DNA of 64,000 nt, taken from positions 64,001 to 128,000 of the forward strand of contig CAWECG010000004.1 of NCBI GenBank assembly GCA_963807605.1, written 5' to 3'. Both the position numbers and the translations under genes were made by a program. Positions within the stretch are counted from its first letter, which is position 1. Every line of letters starts with the position of its first letter. This stretch comes from Candidatus Bathyarchaeota archaeon. GTDB taxonomy: Archaea > Thermoproteota > Bathyarchaeia > 40CM-2-53-6 > RBG-13-38-9. Positions 1-9,316 of this stretch are shown piece by piece. The notes under the pieces were generated by a model. It had not been told where the DNA came from and did no database searches. It saw nothing but the letters and a program-made list of their open reading frames with translations.

Positions 1-612
1 GCCCTTTTAGGATCTAATGGAGCCGGCAAGTCCACTCTCATGTACTGTATAACAGGGTTGCAGAAGATATGGTCCGGTGCCCTTCGTCTAGAGGGATCTG
101 ACATCACCAAAGTCAAAGCTAACAAACGAGTTGACTTGGGCATCTCTTTGGTTCCTGAAGGTAGAAGAATCTTCCCCGATATGACAGTCTTTGAGAATCT
201 CCAGATGGGCGCCTACACGAAGAAAGGAAGAGAAAAACTGAATGACTCACTTGAGCTGGTATACCAAATATTTCCGGTGTTGAAGGAACGTCTAAGCCAG
301 AGAGCAGGCACCCTTAGCGGAGGCGAACAGCAAATGCTTGCGATCTCCAGAGCACTAATGGCGAGGCCCAAACTCTTGATGTTGGATGAGCCTTCTACGG
401 GACTAAGTCCAAGACTAAGCGTCTTGGTCATGGATACTCTAGGTGACTTGAGCGAGGAGTTGCCCATACTGCTGGTAGAGCAGAACGTTAAGAGATCATT
501 AGAGATCTCAGACACCGCTTACCTTTTAGAGAATGGAAAAATAGTGCTGCAGGGAAAAAGCAAAGAACTCAGCGTCGACGAGAATATTAGGAAGGCTTAC
601 ATCGGAATTTAG
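1..612 (+). CDS. livF: Branched-chain amino acid ABC transporter ATP-binding subunit (5' partial)
   Basis: Frame open from base 1: GSNGAGKST Walker A, LSGGEQQM signature, LMLDEPS Walker B, LVEQN. Confidence 0.93.
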   Translation, partial: ALLGSNGAGKSTLMYCITGLQKIWSGALRLEGSDITKVKANKRVDLGISLVPEGRRIFPDMTVFENLQMGAYTKKGREKLNDSLELVYQIFPVLKERLSQRAGTLSGGEQQMLAISRALMARPKLLMLDEPSTGLSPRLSVLVMDTLGDLSEELPILLVEQNVKRSLEISDTAYLLENGKIVLQGKSKELSVDENIRKAYIGI

Positions 613-732
613 GGCGCATGACACTCGCGTCTTTCGCGTCGTGCGCCGATTTGCTTTTCTTTTTGACGATCAAATCATAATTGTAAATCTTAATAATTAC
701 GAGGCTGTCGCGAACAAAAAACGGAGAAGGCT

Positions 733-1257
733 TTATGCCTTCTCAAAATCCAGTCTTGTTGCTATCTCCGTTTCGGTGTCGTACTTCCGGGTTATGTTGA
801 GCCCATTCACTTCGATTATAGTAATGTCCATCGTGGCCAGCACGAGGTTTGAACCCGGTGGCACGCCAAAGTCTCCTCCCAACACATAGTCCGGCTTCGG
901 TTTTCCGCCTTCGACACTCGTTCTGTTGACGAGTCCATGCAGATGGATCTTGCGGGTGCCGTCTTCGCCTAACGTTATAACCCCCTGTCCTCCAAGGAAC
1001 TCAATTGGTCCATCGAGTGTGTACGGTTCACCGTACCCGGATCCAAGTTTCAGTTTCGGGTTGGGGATCAGAAACTTGAAGACTGCCTTCCGTAGGCTGC
1101 CGATGCAGTCTACGATGACTCCGTTCTTGATGTTGTACTGCTCGCAGAGTTTGTTTAACCCTTCCATCAAGTCTGTTCCGGGCAGGAGACGTCCGACAAT
1201 TATCCTACCGATTCTGCCCTCTCCAGATGCAAAACGTAATTCGCTCATAGTATTCAC
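733..1257 (-). CDS. PPC/DUF296 (AF0104-like) domain protein
   Basis: GRLLPGTDL, CIGSL, IHLHG and GG motifs typical of DUF296. Confidence 0.85.
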   Translation of the reverse strand: MNTMSELRFASGEGRIGRIIVGRLLPGTDLMEGLNKLCEQYNIKNGVIVDCIGSLRKAVFKFLIPNPKLKLGSGYGEPYTLDGPIEFLGGQGVITLGEDGTRKIHLHGLVNRTSVEGGKPKPDYVLGGDFGVPPGSNLVLATMDITIIEVNGLNITRKYDTETEIATRLDFEKA

Positions 1258-1449
1258 CTTACGCTATAACGATATGACTATGTCATTTAAGACTTCAGTG
1301 CGATTAAGTAATCACATCTAACAGATTCTCTCAACCCTCTTCCTCACTATCCTGTACCCTCAAAAGTACAGAACAAGAAGCGATCGTAGGACTTGGACCA
1401 AAACGAGACTAGAGAACCAAAAAATAGACAGAAACCTTAAACTGAAAAG

Positions 1450-1595
1450 TGGCGCCGCCGGAAGGATTCGAACCTTCGACCAACGGGTTGCCGCGTCCAC
1501 CGAGATGGAACTTAACAGCTTCAGCCCCAACTAAGTTGAGTCCGCTGCTCTACCACTGAGCTATCGCCTACTGTGCGCTCGGCGTAAACGGCGGC
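1450..1595 (-). tRNA. tRNA-Asn(GTT) with three introns (8/9: 1563-1587; 30/31: 1520-1541; 37/38: 1489-1512), CCA encoded
   Basis: Spliced sequence GCCGCCG TA GCTC AGTGGTA GAGC A GCGGG CT GTT AA CCCGT TGGTC GAAGG TTCGAAT CCTTC CGGCGGC G CCA folds as a canonical cloverleaf; each intron forms a bulge-helix-bulge. Confidence 0.93.
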
Positions 1596-1638
1596 ATGGA
1601 TTTTTCGGCGGCACCTCAGCATCAAATTTTGGGTGATC

Positions 1639-1646
1639 TATTAAAG
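1639..1646 (-). promoter_or_regulatory. Probable TATA box of tRNA-Asn
   Basis: CTTTAATA on the minus strand ~45 nt upstream of the mature 5' end. Confidence 0.5.
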
Positions 1647-1719
1647 CTATTTGGTCAGTCGACTATGATGTTTGACGTACAGGGATATTTTGTCGCAGGA
1701 TACGTAAGCTCTCAGAGGA

Positions 1720-1732
1720 GAAACACTTTATA
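1720..1732 (+). promoter_or_regulatory. BRE/TATA promoter of tRNA-Ile2
   Basis: GAAACACTTTATA ~35 nt upstream of the tRNA. Confidence 0.6.
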
Positions 1733-1766
1733 GTCCATTCAGTTTCTTGGATAATTCTGTTGGATT

Positions 1767-1889
1767 GGGCCCGTAGCTCAGTCTGGTCTAGCACCATAAT
1801 GCGCACAGAAAGAGCGACAGAAAAAGTCGAGGCTCATAAGAGGCTGAGTGACCTGTTGGCCATGGGTTCAAATCCCACCGGGCCCACCA
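1767..1889 (+). tRNA. tRNA with CAT anticodon, probably tRNA-Ile2, with three introns (D-loop ~1788-1810; 30/31: 1821-1831; 37/38: 1839-1850)
   Basis: GGGCCCG/CGGGCCC acceptor stem (Ile-type, not initiator AGCGGG), ACAGG/CCTGT anticodon stem, CT CAT AA loop, TTCAAAT T-loop, A-CCA end; BHB central helices CGAC/GTCG and CTCA/TGAG. Confidence 0.9.
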
Positions 1890-1890
1890 C
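1862..1890 (+). repeat. attL (tRNA 3' end)
   Basis: ATGGGTTCAAATCCCACCGGGCCCACCAC, 27/29 identical to 25458-25486. Confidence 0.88.
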
Positions 1891-1920
1891 ACTTACGGTT
1901 CAAGTCCTCCTGATTTTTTA

Positions 1921-3189
1921 GTGGAAACAAAACAGAAGCTTGCGCCTTTTAAAAGGCGTCCTGACAGAGATGGTATGTCGAAGGCGAAGTACCTCTATCT
2001 GCTGGAGGATCCTCCGGTTAAGCGTTGGTACAAGAATGTTGCTCGGGGCTCCGAGATAACTGCTGATGTTTATCTGCGTAGGTTGGGGAGTTTCATTTTT
2101 TCTAGGGGTTTGTCGGCTGGTGAGCTTGTGGATAGGGATGAGGGTGCTGCTGATCTCTTGTTGGATGCTGTTACTGAGTTTGAGGAGCAGGGTTACTCTG
2201 GTGGGTATATTGCGAGTACTGTGAAGGCTGTCAGGTCTTGGATTCGCCATAACAGGGTGAAGCTTCCTGTCTACATCAAGATTGCTGGTTCAGACGATAC
2301 GCCTACGCTTGAGGATGAGCAGACGCCGACGCATGAGGAGTTGTCAAGATTCTTCAGGGCGTGCTGGCTTGATGCTAGGGCTGCTGGTGGATTGATGGCT
2401 TTCTCTGGTGTTAGGCCGCAGGCGATTGGAAACTACAGGGGAATTGACGGGCTAAGGATCGGTGACTTTCTTGAGGTTGAGATAGATAACGCCGACAAGA
2501 AGGTTGAGTTCAAGAGTGTTCCAGCTTTGGTTTGTGTTAGGAAGGTCTTGAGCAAGGCAGGTCACCAGTACCTGACGTTTCTATGTGAGGAGGGCTGCCG
2601 CTACTTGAAGGAGTACTGGGAGTACCGGATGCGGCATGGTGAGGTGTTGACTTCTGAATCGGCAGCAATCAAAGCTAGGAGGGTCTGTAAGAAGCATTTC
2701 ATTCGGGCCACAAATGTTGGCGACAAGATAAGGAATGGGATCAGAGCAGCTAACTTTCCGTGGAGGCCATACATTCTCAGGTGTTACTTCGATACGCAAC
2801 TGATGGTTGCTGAAAGCAACAAACTCGTTATCAGAGACTATCGGCAGTTCTGGATGGGTCACAGAGGCGATATTGAACGCAGATACACCACAAACAAGTG
2901 TCACCTACCTCCACCTGTAATTGAGGATATGAGGAACGCTTACAGGAGATCGCAGAGGTACCTCCAGACAGAACCATCCAGCGAATACGTGAACACCAAG
3001 ATAGAGTTCAGAAGACAGCTGCTGCAGGTGGCAGGCTACGCCGAGTCTGAAGTCGACGGAATCGATTTGGAGAAGCTCAGCGACGAAGAGGTCCACCTCA
3101 AGACTCGAGAGCGGTTCCTCAAGAACAACAACAGCAGCAACATCAAGCAGAGGGTTGTTCCACTGGACGAGGTGGAGAAGTATATTTAG
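1921..3189 (+). CDS. Tyrosine recombinase/integrase of the island (alternative start ATG 1975)
   Basis: SGVRPQ (R), SKAG (K), PYILR, WMGH and ERRY catalytic-type motifs; adjacent to the tRNA. Confidence 0.92.
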   Translation: METKQKLAPFKRRPDRDGMSKAKYLYLLEDPPVKRWYKNVARGSEITADVYLRRLGSFIFSRGLSAGELVDRDEGAADLLLDAVTEFEEQGYSGGYIASTVKAVRSWIRHNRVKLPVYIKIAGSDDTPTLEDEQTPTHEELSRFFRACWLDARAAGGLMAFSGVRPQAIGNYRGIDGLRIGDFLEVEIDNADKKVEFKSVPALVCVRKVLSKAGHQYLTFLCEEGCRYLKEYWEYRMRHGEVLTSESAAIKARRVCKKHFIRATNVGDKIRNGIRAANFPWRPYILRCYFDTQLMVAESNKLVIRDYRQFWMGHRGDIERRYTTNKCHLPPPVIEDMRNAYRRSQRYLQTEPSSEYVNTKIEFRRQLLQVAGYAESEVDGIDLEKLSDEEVHLKTRERFLKNNNSSNIKQRVVPLDEVEKYI

Positions 3190-3194
3190 TCAAA

Positions 3195-3359
3195 TCAAAC
3201 GGGAATGGCGGAGAGCTTCAACCACAGCCTAGCCTTACTCAGGAAATCAGCAGTGGATAGGTTATCATCCTCCACCATCAACACCTTCTTCAGCGGATGA
3301 TCCTCTGGAAGCTGCAGTGCATACTCTTTCAACTTTCTAATATCTATATTATTGCTCAT
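3195..3359 (-). CDS. Small integrase-adjacent protein, 54 aa
   Basis: ATG 3359, MSNNIDIRKLKEYALQLPEDHPLKKVL...; convergent on the integrase; resembles 18582-18812. Confidence 0.6.
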   Translation of the reverse strand: MSNNIDIRKLKEYALQLPEDHPLKKVLMVEDDNLSTADFLSKARLWLKLSAIPV

Positions 3360-3412
3360 AAGAAGTCTGTAAGGGAGAGTATTAAAACGGGTGGGAGCTC
3401 TAAAGAAGCAGT

Positions 3413-3540
3413 ACACCAATTTTGACAGGTTATCAAATCTTTCACAACTACCTGAGACCACATGAAGCCTTGAGGGGTAAAACGCCAGCGGAAGCATGTG
3501 GAATCAAGATGGAGGGAAGGGACAAGTGGCTAGCCCTTCC
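3413..3540 (+). pseudogene. C-terminal remnant of an archaeal DDE (IS6-like) transposase
   Basis: Translates TPILTGYQIFHNYLRPHEALRGKTPAEACGIKMEGRDKWLAL (HNxxRPH..L.GKTPAE); no start codon. Confidence 0.75.
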
Positions 3541-3615
3541 AATATCAGCAACCTCCTCCCTCGTATGAATAGGTTCACTTTTGGCCAAATTTGGCGAAAG
3601 GTCAGTCCTCTTTCC

Positions 3616-3865
3616 CTATTGCTTCTCTGAAGTCAGTATATGCCATTCTCTTATGGTGGGGTAGACGTTGTAAAAGAAGACGTAAGTGAACCGGGAAATT
3701 AGTTTTGAATTCATGATCGCATTGAGATAGTGAATTGGAAACGTATCATCGATCACAACAGTATTCATGACTGTATCAAGGTTGAAGGTTCCGTGCTCAT
3801 TGACTGCAGCCATTATTACTATGTGATCTTTCGGGTGAATCACGTGGGCCACTATATTTTGTGAG
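3616..3865 (-). pseudogene. Fragment of a TaqI-like specificity domain (restriction-modification methyltransferase relic)
   Basis: QNIVAHVIHPKDHIVIMAA...NLDTVMN...YLNAIMNSKLISRF resembles TaqI_C; no N-terminus. Confidence 0.55.
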
Positions 3866-4470
3866 TTCTCTGCGTTTCCTATTCGTGACGATGACGACTG
3901 CAACAGCCGCGACCACTCCGAAGACGACCAAATATGGTGTGAGAAGTGTGAGTTTGTTGACGGGTTCCACGACGCCGCCGACCGGTCTTGCAGGCAGTAC
4001 AGTAAGCGTGGCTGGCCCACCGGGGTCAGTAATTGTGCCACTGGCTGATGCGGTGAAGGTTAACGTGATAATGGTTCGCATGGAATCAAGCGATGCTGAT
4101 GGAAACTGAGTCCACGCACCAGACTGAAACTTCCAATACGAGAAGGAACCAGCGGGCAACGGAGCAGGCAACGTGAGGGTTACTGTAACCGTCGCCCCCG
4201 GTGCGAGGCCTGAGATTGTGAAGGAGAATAAACCGTCAGGAAACGTTAACCCCGCTGGCGGAGCGGTTGAGACACTCGACAATGCTGAAGCGGTTAGATT
4301 TGTGAATCCTCCAGCAGTACTCGGACTCATAGTGTACGTCACCGTCCCAGTGCCCGTGGCGCTGGCCACCTGAACCGAAGTAGGCGCAAACGCATACACC
4401 CTACCATCATTTGAGCCTACGTACACGAGACCGCCCGAAACAGCAGGAGAAGAAGCGACAGGGCCACCGC
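3797..4470 (-). pseudogene. 5'-truncated surface protein: PQQ-like repeat, choice-of-anchor U domain, PVGG C-terminal anchor
   Basis: VASSPAVSGGLVYVGSNDGRVYAF; FPDGLFSFTISGLAPGATVTVTL...DPGGP; PVGG..PVNKL + TM + RKRR; cut off by the repeat starting at 4478. Confidence 0.75.
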
Positions 4471-4477
4471 GCGCGCG

Positions 4478-5426
4478 CTCCTAACTAATTGGAATTTATC
4501 GCGGTTGGTGATTGTAGCGTGCCTAGGCAACTCCACGATCGCTTCACGTCTTCTTGCTGAGTGCAAATGCAAAGAATGCCAAATAGGCCAATCCTATTGC
4601 TAGGTAGCCGTACGCTTCTGGCCATCGAACAACTGTTCCATGCTTGACGTATACGTCCAGGAGGGCACCCATAGGTATGAATATCGGCCACTGGTTCAAG
4701 ACACTCCTGGTCGTTCTGAAGACAGCCGCGTAGACTATCCCTACAACGAACAGCGTCATGATATTCTCGGGTGTCACCCATCCTGGATAGCCGATGTGAT
4801 AGAGTGAGTACATCGCAGATGCGATCAATATGCCAGGTATGATTCCGAAGGCCCCATCAAACCTCAATTGAAGGAATCCTCGGAAGAAGACGGCTTCAAA
4901 AAATCCACTGACAAGGACAAGCATCAACAATGGCAGGAGTATACTCAGATCCCCCAGCCTTGATACACCTGCGCCGATAAGCGGGGGTATCACGAACACT
5001 ATTGTTGCCACCAGTCCTATCAGGATGCTAAGCTTCCATCTCTGCTTGGTTATTCCAATCTCTCGAAAGGCTTCTCTCCTCAAGAATCTGATGTAACCTA
5101 CCGGGATGAGCACCCCAGCAAAGAATAGGAGACCAACATCGTAGAATATTATGGCATCAATCATTGACCCTCGGGCGAAAGCAAGATAATTGAAAAGCAC
5201 GACGAGAGCCCACGCCCCAATTGCAACCAGCAAACTCTTGTCAGGCGAATATCTGACCGCCAGAACCTGCTTGCATTTCATGCTTCGTTGGTCGATTTGA
5301 GGCTGGTGAAAAGGTTTGCGATAGGATCGATCCTTCGTGAACTCTGAAAAGCGAAGCGTCGTCGATTGTTCATAGGTGGCTCGTCGAGGAGTCACAACGG
5401 TCCAGACTCGCCTTGCAAAAGACGGA
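4478..5426. repeat. 949-bp direct repeat copy 1 (CPBP module)
   Basis: Colinear with 22224-23172 at constant offset 17746, scattered substitutions only. Confidence 0.95.
4544..5281 (-). CDS. CPBP (CAAX/Abi) family intramembrane metalloprotease, copy 1
   Basis: FEAVFFRG and YSLYH motifs, multiple TM helices; probable start MKCKQ. Confidence 0.85.
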   Translation of the reverse strand: MKCKQVLAVRYSPDKSLLVAIGAWALVVLFNYLAFARGSMIDAIIFYDVGLLFFAGVLIPVGYIRFLRREAFREIGITKQRWKLSILIGLVATIVFVIPPLIGAGVSRLGDLSILLPLLMLVLVSGFFEAVFFRGFLQLRFDGAFGIIPGILIASAMYSLYHIGYPGWVTPENIMTLFVVGIVYAAVFRTTRSVLNQWPIFIPMGALLDVYVKHGTVVRWPEAYGYLAIGLAYLAFFAFALSKKT

Positions 5427-5429
5427 AAG

Positions 5430-5618
5430 GCTCCCAACAGTACCTCCGACATGATCGCCAGAAGAAAGGAAGGCGGAGCCGAAGGTGGACGGGTGAAACG
5501 ATACATCGAGTTCGAATACAAGTGCAGCCACATACCGTCTTCGATATGTCGTTGTCAAGAACCCATGACTCTGCAGATGCCTGGCCAACGCATTGATCAC
5601 GGTCTTACCTCTTGGTAG
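5430..5618 (+). pseudogene. Degenerate PD-(D/E)XK nuclease fragment
   Basis: SDMIARRK...RYIEFEYK resembles a D..ExK nuclease core; truncated by the CPBP repeat. Confidence 0.35.
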
Positions 5619-5927
5619 CCGAAGGATCTCAAAGATTCCAAGGTCACCCGTCATGAGATTCTTTGAGCTGGAAGTTTGAGTTTTCGGGCAAATACGGAGT
5701 AGATTGAGCATGCAAGTTAATAGAATCAGTATAACCTAAGGAAGTGTCAACCGATGGAAATGTCGTGGTTGTTAAATGACTAGATCAAGAAAAACGGTCT
5801 TAAACGAACGTGTGATAGTCAAAGCATTAGCCAGAAAACTGGAGACAAGAAACAGACTCCTCGGAACGCGCGTGCTGGACAAAGACTTTTGAGCTTGAGG
5901 GGTGATCGCTTGATTGGTGTTTGAGGT

Positions 5928-6251
5928 TTGGAGTCTAGGCTTGCCGACTTCTTGAAGTCCGGTAAGGACTGGGAGAGGAAGGCTACGTCGGTTCCGGGAG
6001 TATTCATTTTAAAGATGCCACCGTACAGAGGTGCTCCGACAAGGTTGGCTGTGGAGTTGAATCCGGTTGATGAAGCTGGTAGACCCACAAAGAAGAGAGG
6101 TGTTCTTTTAAGATCCTCCAGGAGTTGGCTGAATACAAGAAGATTATTGATGATGAGCGGCTTACTAATTTGTTGAAGAACATTGGACTCGATAAGCCCG
6201 AAGCCTGCGAAGAAAGAGGAGGAGAAGAAACCGGACATCATTGAGCTTTAA
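5928..6251 (+). CDS. Small protein upstream of the helicase, possibly PC4-like ssDNA-binding fold; two compensating frameshifts (~6120, ~6185)
   Basis: Joined reading ...NPVDEAGRPTKKRGVLLRSS/ELAEYKKIIDDERL/DSISPK...IIEL*. Confidence 0.6.
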
Positions 6252-6265
6252 TAGAGCAAGACTAT

Positions 6266-8419
6266 ATGCCCCCTCAGAAGGAGTGCTGAGAAAAATTTTG
6301 TTGAAGGATCCTCTAATTTGGCCTGGCAGGGTTGAGGTGAGGGCTATACCAGCAGACCATAGCTGAGAAAGCCACCAAAAGAAACACACTCGTGGTCTTG
6401 CCGACAGCTCTAGGCAAGACAGTGATATCAGCGCTGGCCGCTGCCCACTTCCTCTACAACTACAAACAAATGCGAATCCTAGTCATGGCGCCGACGAGGC
6501 CTCTAGTATTACAGCACAAAGAAACCTACATGAGTATTCTGAAGCTCACGGAAGATGATGCGGTTGCGTTGACGGGTAAGATGCCTGCCGCGTATAGGAA
6601 ACAGATCTGGGATGGGAAGGCCCAAATAGTATTTGCGACGCCTCAAGTCGTTAAGAACGACTGGGAGAGTGGAGACCTGTCATTGAAGGACTTCAGCTTC
6701 ATCGTCTTTGATGAATGCCACAGAGCAAGGAAAGAGTATGCGTACACAGATGTCGCGAAGAAGTATATTGAACAAGCATCATGGCCTATCATGCTTGGAA
6801 TGACAGCAAGCCCAGGAGCGGACAAGAAGAAGATAGCCGAGATATGTGAAGCCCTCTTCATCGAGCAGATCGAGTATAGGTCAGAAGAAGACCCAGACGT
6901 TGTTCCATATATCAATCCAGTGGAGGTTGAATGGAAGTATGTTGATCTTCCAAACGAGTATAGAGAACTCAGCCAGATAATTCGATCCATGCTCAATGAC
7001 CGATTGAGCTGGCTCAAGCGGGCTGGTATCATTCAAAGACCGGTGCAATACATAACCAGAAGAGATCTCCTCGAGGCTGGCGAGGAGCTTAGATATCGTT
7101 TGGAAGAGAGCATCGAAGAGGAGAGAGGCCCGATCTACAGTGCTATTGTAACCCAATCCGTCTCCTTGACTTTATTCCATGCACTGGAACTCTTGGAAAC
7201 GCAAGGAATACCTACGCTCACATCCTTCCTAGATAGAATGGAGCAGGAAAGCGATGAGAAAAGAAGCTACAAGACCATCATCAACGATCCACAATACACT
7301 GAACTCAAGACGCTCCTCAACCAGAACATGAAACTGGAGCACCCAAAACTTCCTCTTCTAAAGGACGAGGTTGAGAATCAGCTCAAGCAGCGTCCAAACT
7401 CGAAGGTGCTTGTTTTCACACAGTATAGAGACACAGCATCCCATCTCGTCGATAAGCTCAGAGAGGCAGGCCGGCTGTCCGTTGAGAGATTCGTAGGTCA
7501 AGCCTCAAAGCAGGACGATCCAGGATTAAGTCAAGATGAGCAGGCTGAAATACTGATAAACTTCCGAGATGGAGATACAAATCTGCTTGTTGCAACATGC
7601 ATAGCAGAGGAAGGCTTGGATATCCCAAGCGTCGACTTGGTTGTCTTTTACGAGCCCATTCCAAGCGAGATCAGATATATTCAGAGGAAGGGTAGAACCG
7701 GGAGGAAGACAGCTGGTAAGGCTGTGATCCTAGTTGCTAACGACACATTCGACATAGCCTACCTCTACGCGAGCAGACGTAGAGTCGAGAGGATGAGGAG
7801 GATCACTGCAAGCCTCAACCTAGAACTGAATCCACTGCAGAGGCTTGGACCGAGAGCAAATCCAAACCCGATGACAATTGAAGAGATAAAAGAGATAGAG
7901 AAGTATGCAACAGTCACCCGTCTCGAGCCACAACTTATCAAGCCTGAAGAGGAGAAGGCTAAGCAGTTTCTGAAGGAAATCGATAAGGCATCCAGATACA
8001 TATGGACGAAAGCGATGAGGGCTGGAAGCCGAGGTCTACTGGTGGAAGACCTGATGGAGGAGGCTTTCGAAGAAGGCATAACATCGGCCATAGCAAAGGC
8101 TGCAATAGAGAAACTCGAGGATATAGGTAAGATAGGAAAGATCGGATGGGATAGAGTGGCTACAATCGAAAGCATGCGAGTGCAGAAGAGTGTAGGTACC
8201 GTCGAAAGAGATGCATATGAGATCACGGTTGAAAAGATTTATCCTGGCAAGGCTGTCGTCCTGATAAACGATAAGTGGAGGGCTCGGATAACATCTCAAG
8301 ACTTTGAGGGACCAACCAACATAATCAAGAAGGACGCGAGATTCAAGGCTAGAGGCACCTTATACCATGACGGAGACACATTATGCTTCAGATTAAAAGA
8401 AGTCATACAACTATCCTAG
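6266..8419 (+). CDS. Hef/FANCM/Mph1-like SF2 DEAH helicase lacking the ERCC4 nuclease domain (5' end has +1 indels; intact ORF from 6392)
   Basis: LPTALGKT, DECH, TASPG, AEEGLD, QRKGRTGR; upstream frames give FVE/DPLIWPGRVEVR/LYQQTIAEKA. Confidence 0.9.
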
Positions 8420-8556
8420 ATGAAATTCAGAATTGTCCAATGAGGCTTTCGAAATAACGGAGCGAGGGATTGTTCTTAGCGCAAGGTGATATAGGCGGTA
8501 ACGTCAAGTTCTCGTCACCTAGGCTCGGTCTAAATGGGTTGTCAAAAATCGTCACC

Positions 8557-9195
8557 TTATCCAGTTGGTTGATAGCTGCGAGTTTGGTTACTTTTGGTTT
8601 CTTTCATTTCCGAAAGGGACTCTAGGGCTTCTTTTGCGACGAATGCAAGTATTACAGCCGTTGCTACATAGTCAACCCATGAAATTCGCCATAGGTAATT
8701 GATCAATAGACCAACGAGCAAGGTCACTGACATTAAGAAACAGGTTGCAGACTCAATTGCGTCTATGATCAAGGGCAGACAGTGGGTAGCTTCGCCGATC
8801 CGTTTCTTCTCATACCATAATAACGGCATGAATACAACTGCAGCAAAAGCAACCGCAATACCGAGCGTGGATGCTTCTGCCTTGATCCCTGTCACGTAGG
8901 AATACGCTGTACCGAACCCGATTATTGGAATTAATGTGAACAGAAGGAAAGCGGTGATTCGTTCAACCTTCTCGTCGCGCTCACTCTTTTCTCCTCTCTT
9001 CCTCCTTCTCAGATAGTCAGCTACAGTGTATGAAGAGATCAGTTCGATGAAACTATCTCCACCGAATGCTAAGAGCGCAAGGCTCCCTGAGAACAATCCT
9101 GCACCTGAGGCTACGAGACTTTCGACCATCATCCATACTACGCTGGCGTATTCTACGAGCAAGCCGCGATGAAGTAACTGAGATTCTTCAGTCAT
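8557..9195 (-). CDS. Cation diffusion facilitator-like metal transporter
   Basis: SGSLALLAFGGDSFIE, LIIDAIES, WVDYVA; ~6 TM helices. Confidence 0.85.
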   Translation of the reverse strand: MTEESQLLHRGLLVEYASVVWMMVESLVASGAGLFSGSLALLAFGGDSFIELISSYTVADYLRRRKRGEKSERDEKVERITAFLLFTLIPIIGFGTAYSYVTGIKAEASTLGIAVAFAAVVFMPLLWYEKKRIGEATHCLPLIIDAIESATCFLMSVTLLVGLLINYLWRISWVDYVATAVILAFVAKEALESLSEMKETKSNQTRSYQPTG

Positions 9196-9277
9196 GCATC
9201 TGTTTCTTGCTTGCATTCTGTATTAGCGTTATCCATTTGTTTTCGCCCTCGATTTTGATACCTGCTGCCTCAGCGGT
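9188..9277 (-). pseudogene. Second C-terminal remnant of the same DDE transposase family
   Basis: AEAAGIKIEGENKWITLIQNAS aligns with AEACGIKMEGRDKWLAL at 3413-3540. Confidence 0.7.
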
Positions 9278-9316
9278 AACTTCTTGCGTATTCTTCAGTA
9301 CGTACATCGAAGGGCA

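Noticed and set aside
1767-1889. tRNA-Met assignment for the CAT tRNA
   Set aside because: The GGGCCCG acceptor stem fits archaeal Ile tRNAs, and the initiator A1-U72 pair and GGG/CCC anticodon stem are absent; not fully excluded.
4478-4545. Classical integron attC site at the CPBP module end (GTTAGGA on the minus strand)
   Set aside because: No matching RYYYAAC inverse core or attC-style palindrome, and no recognisable IntI.
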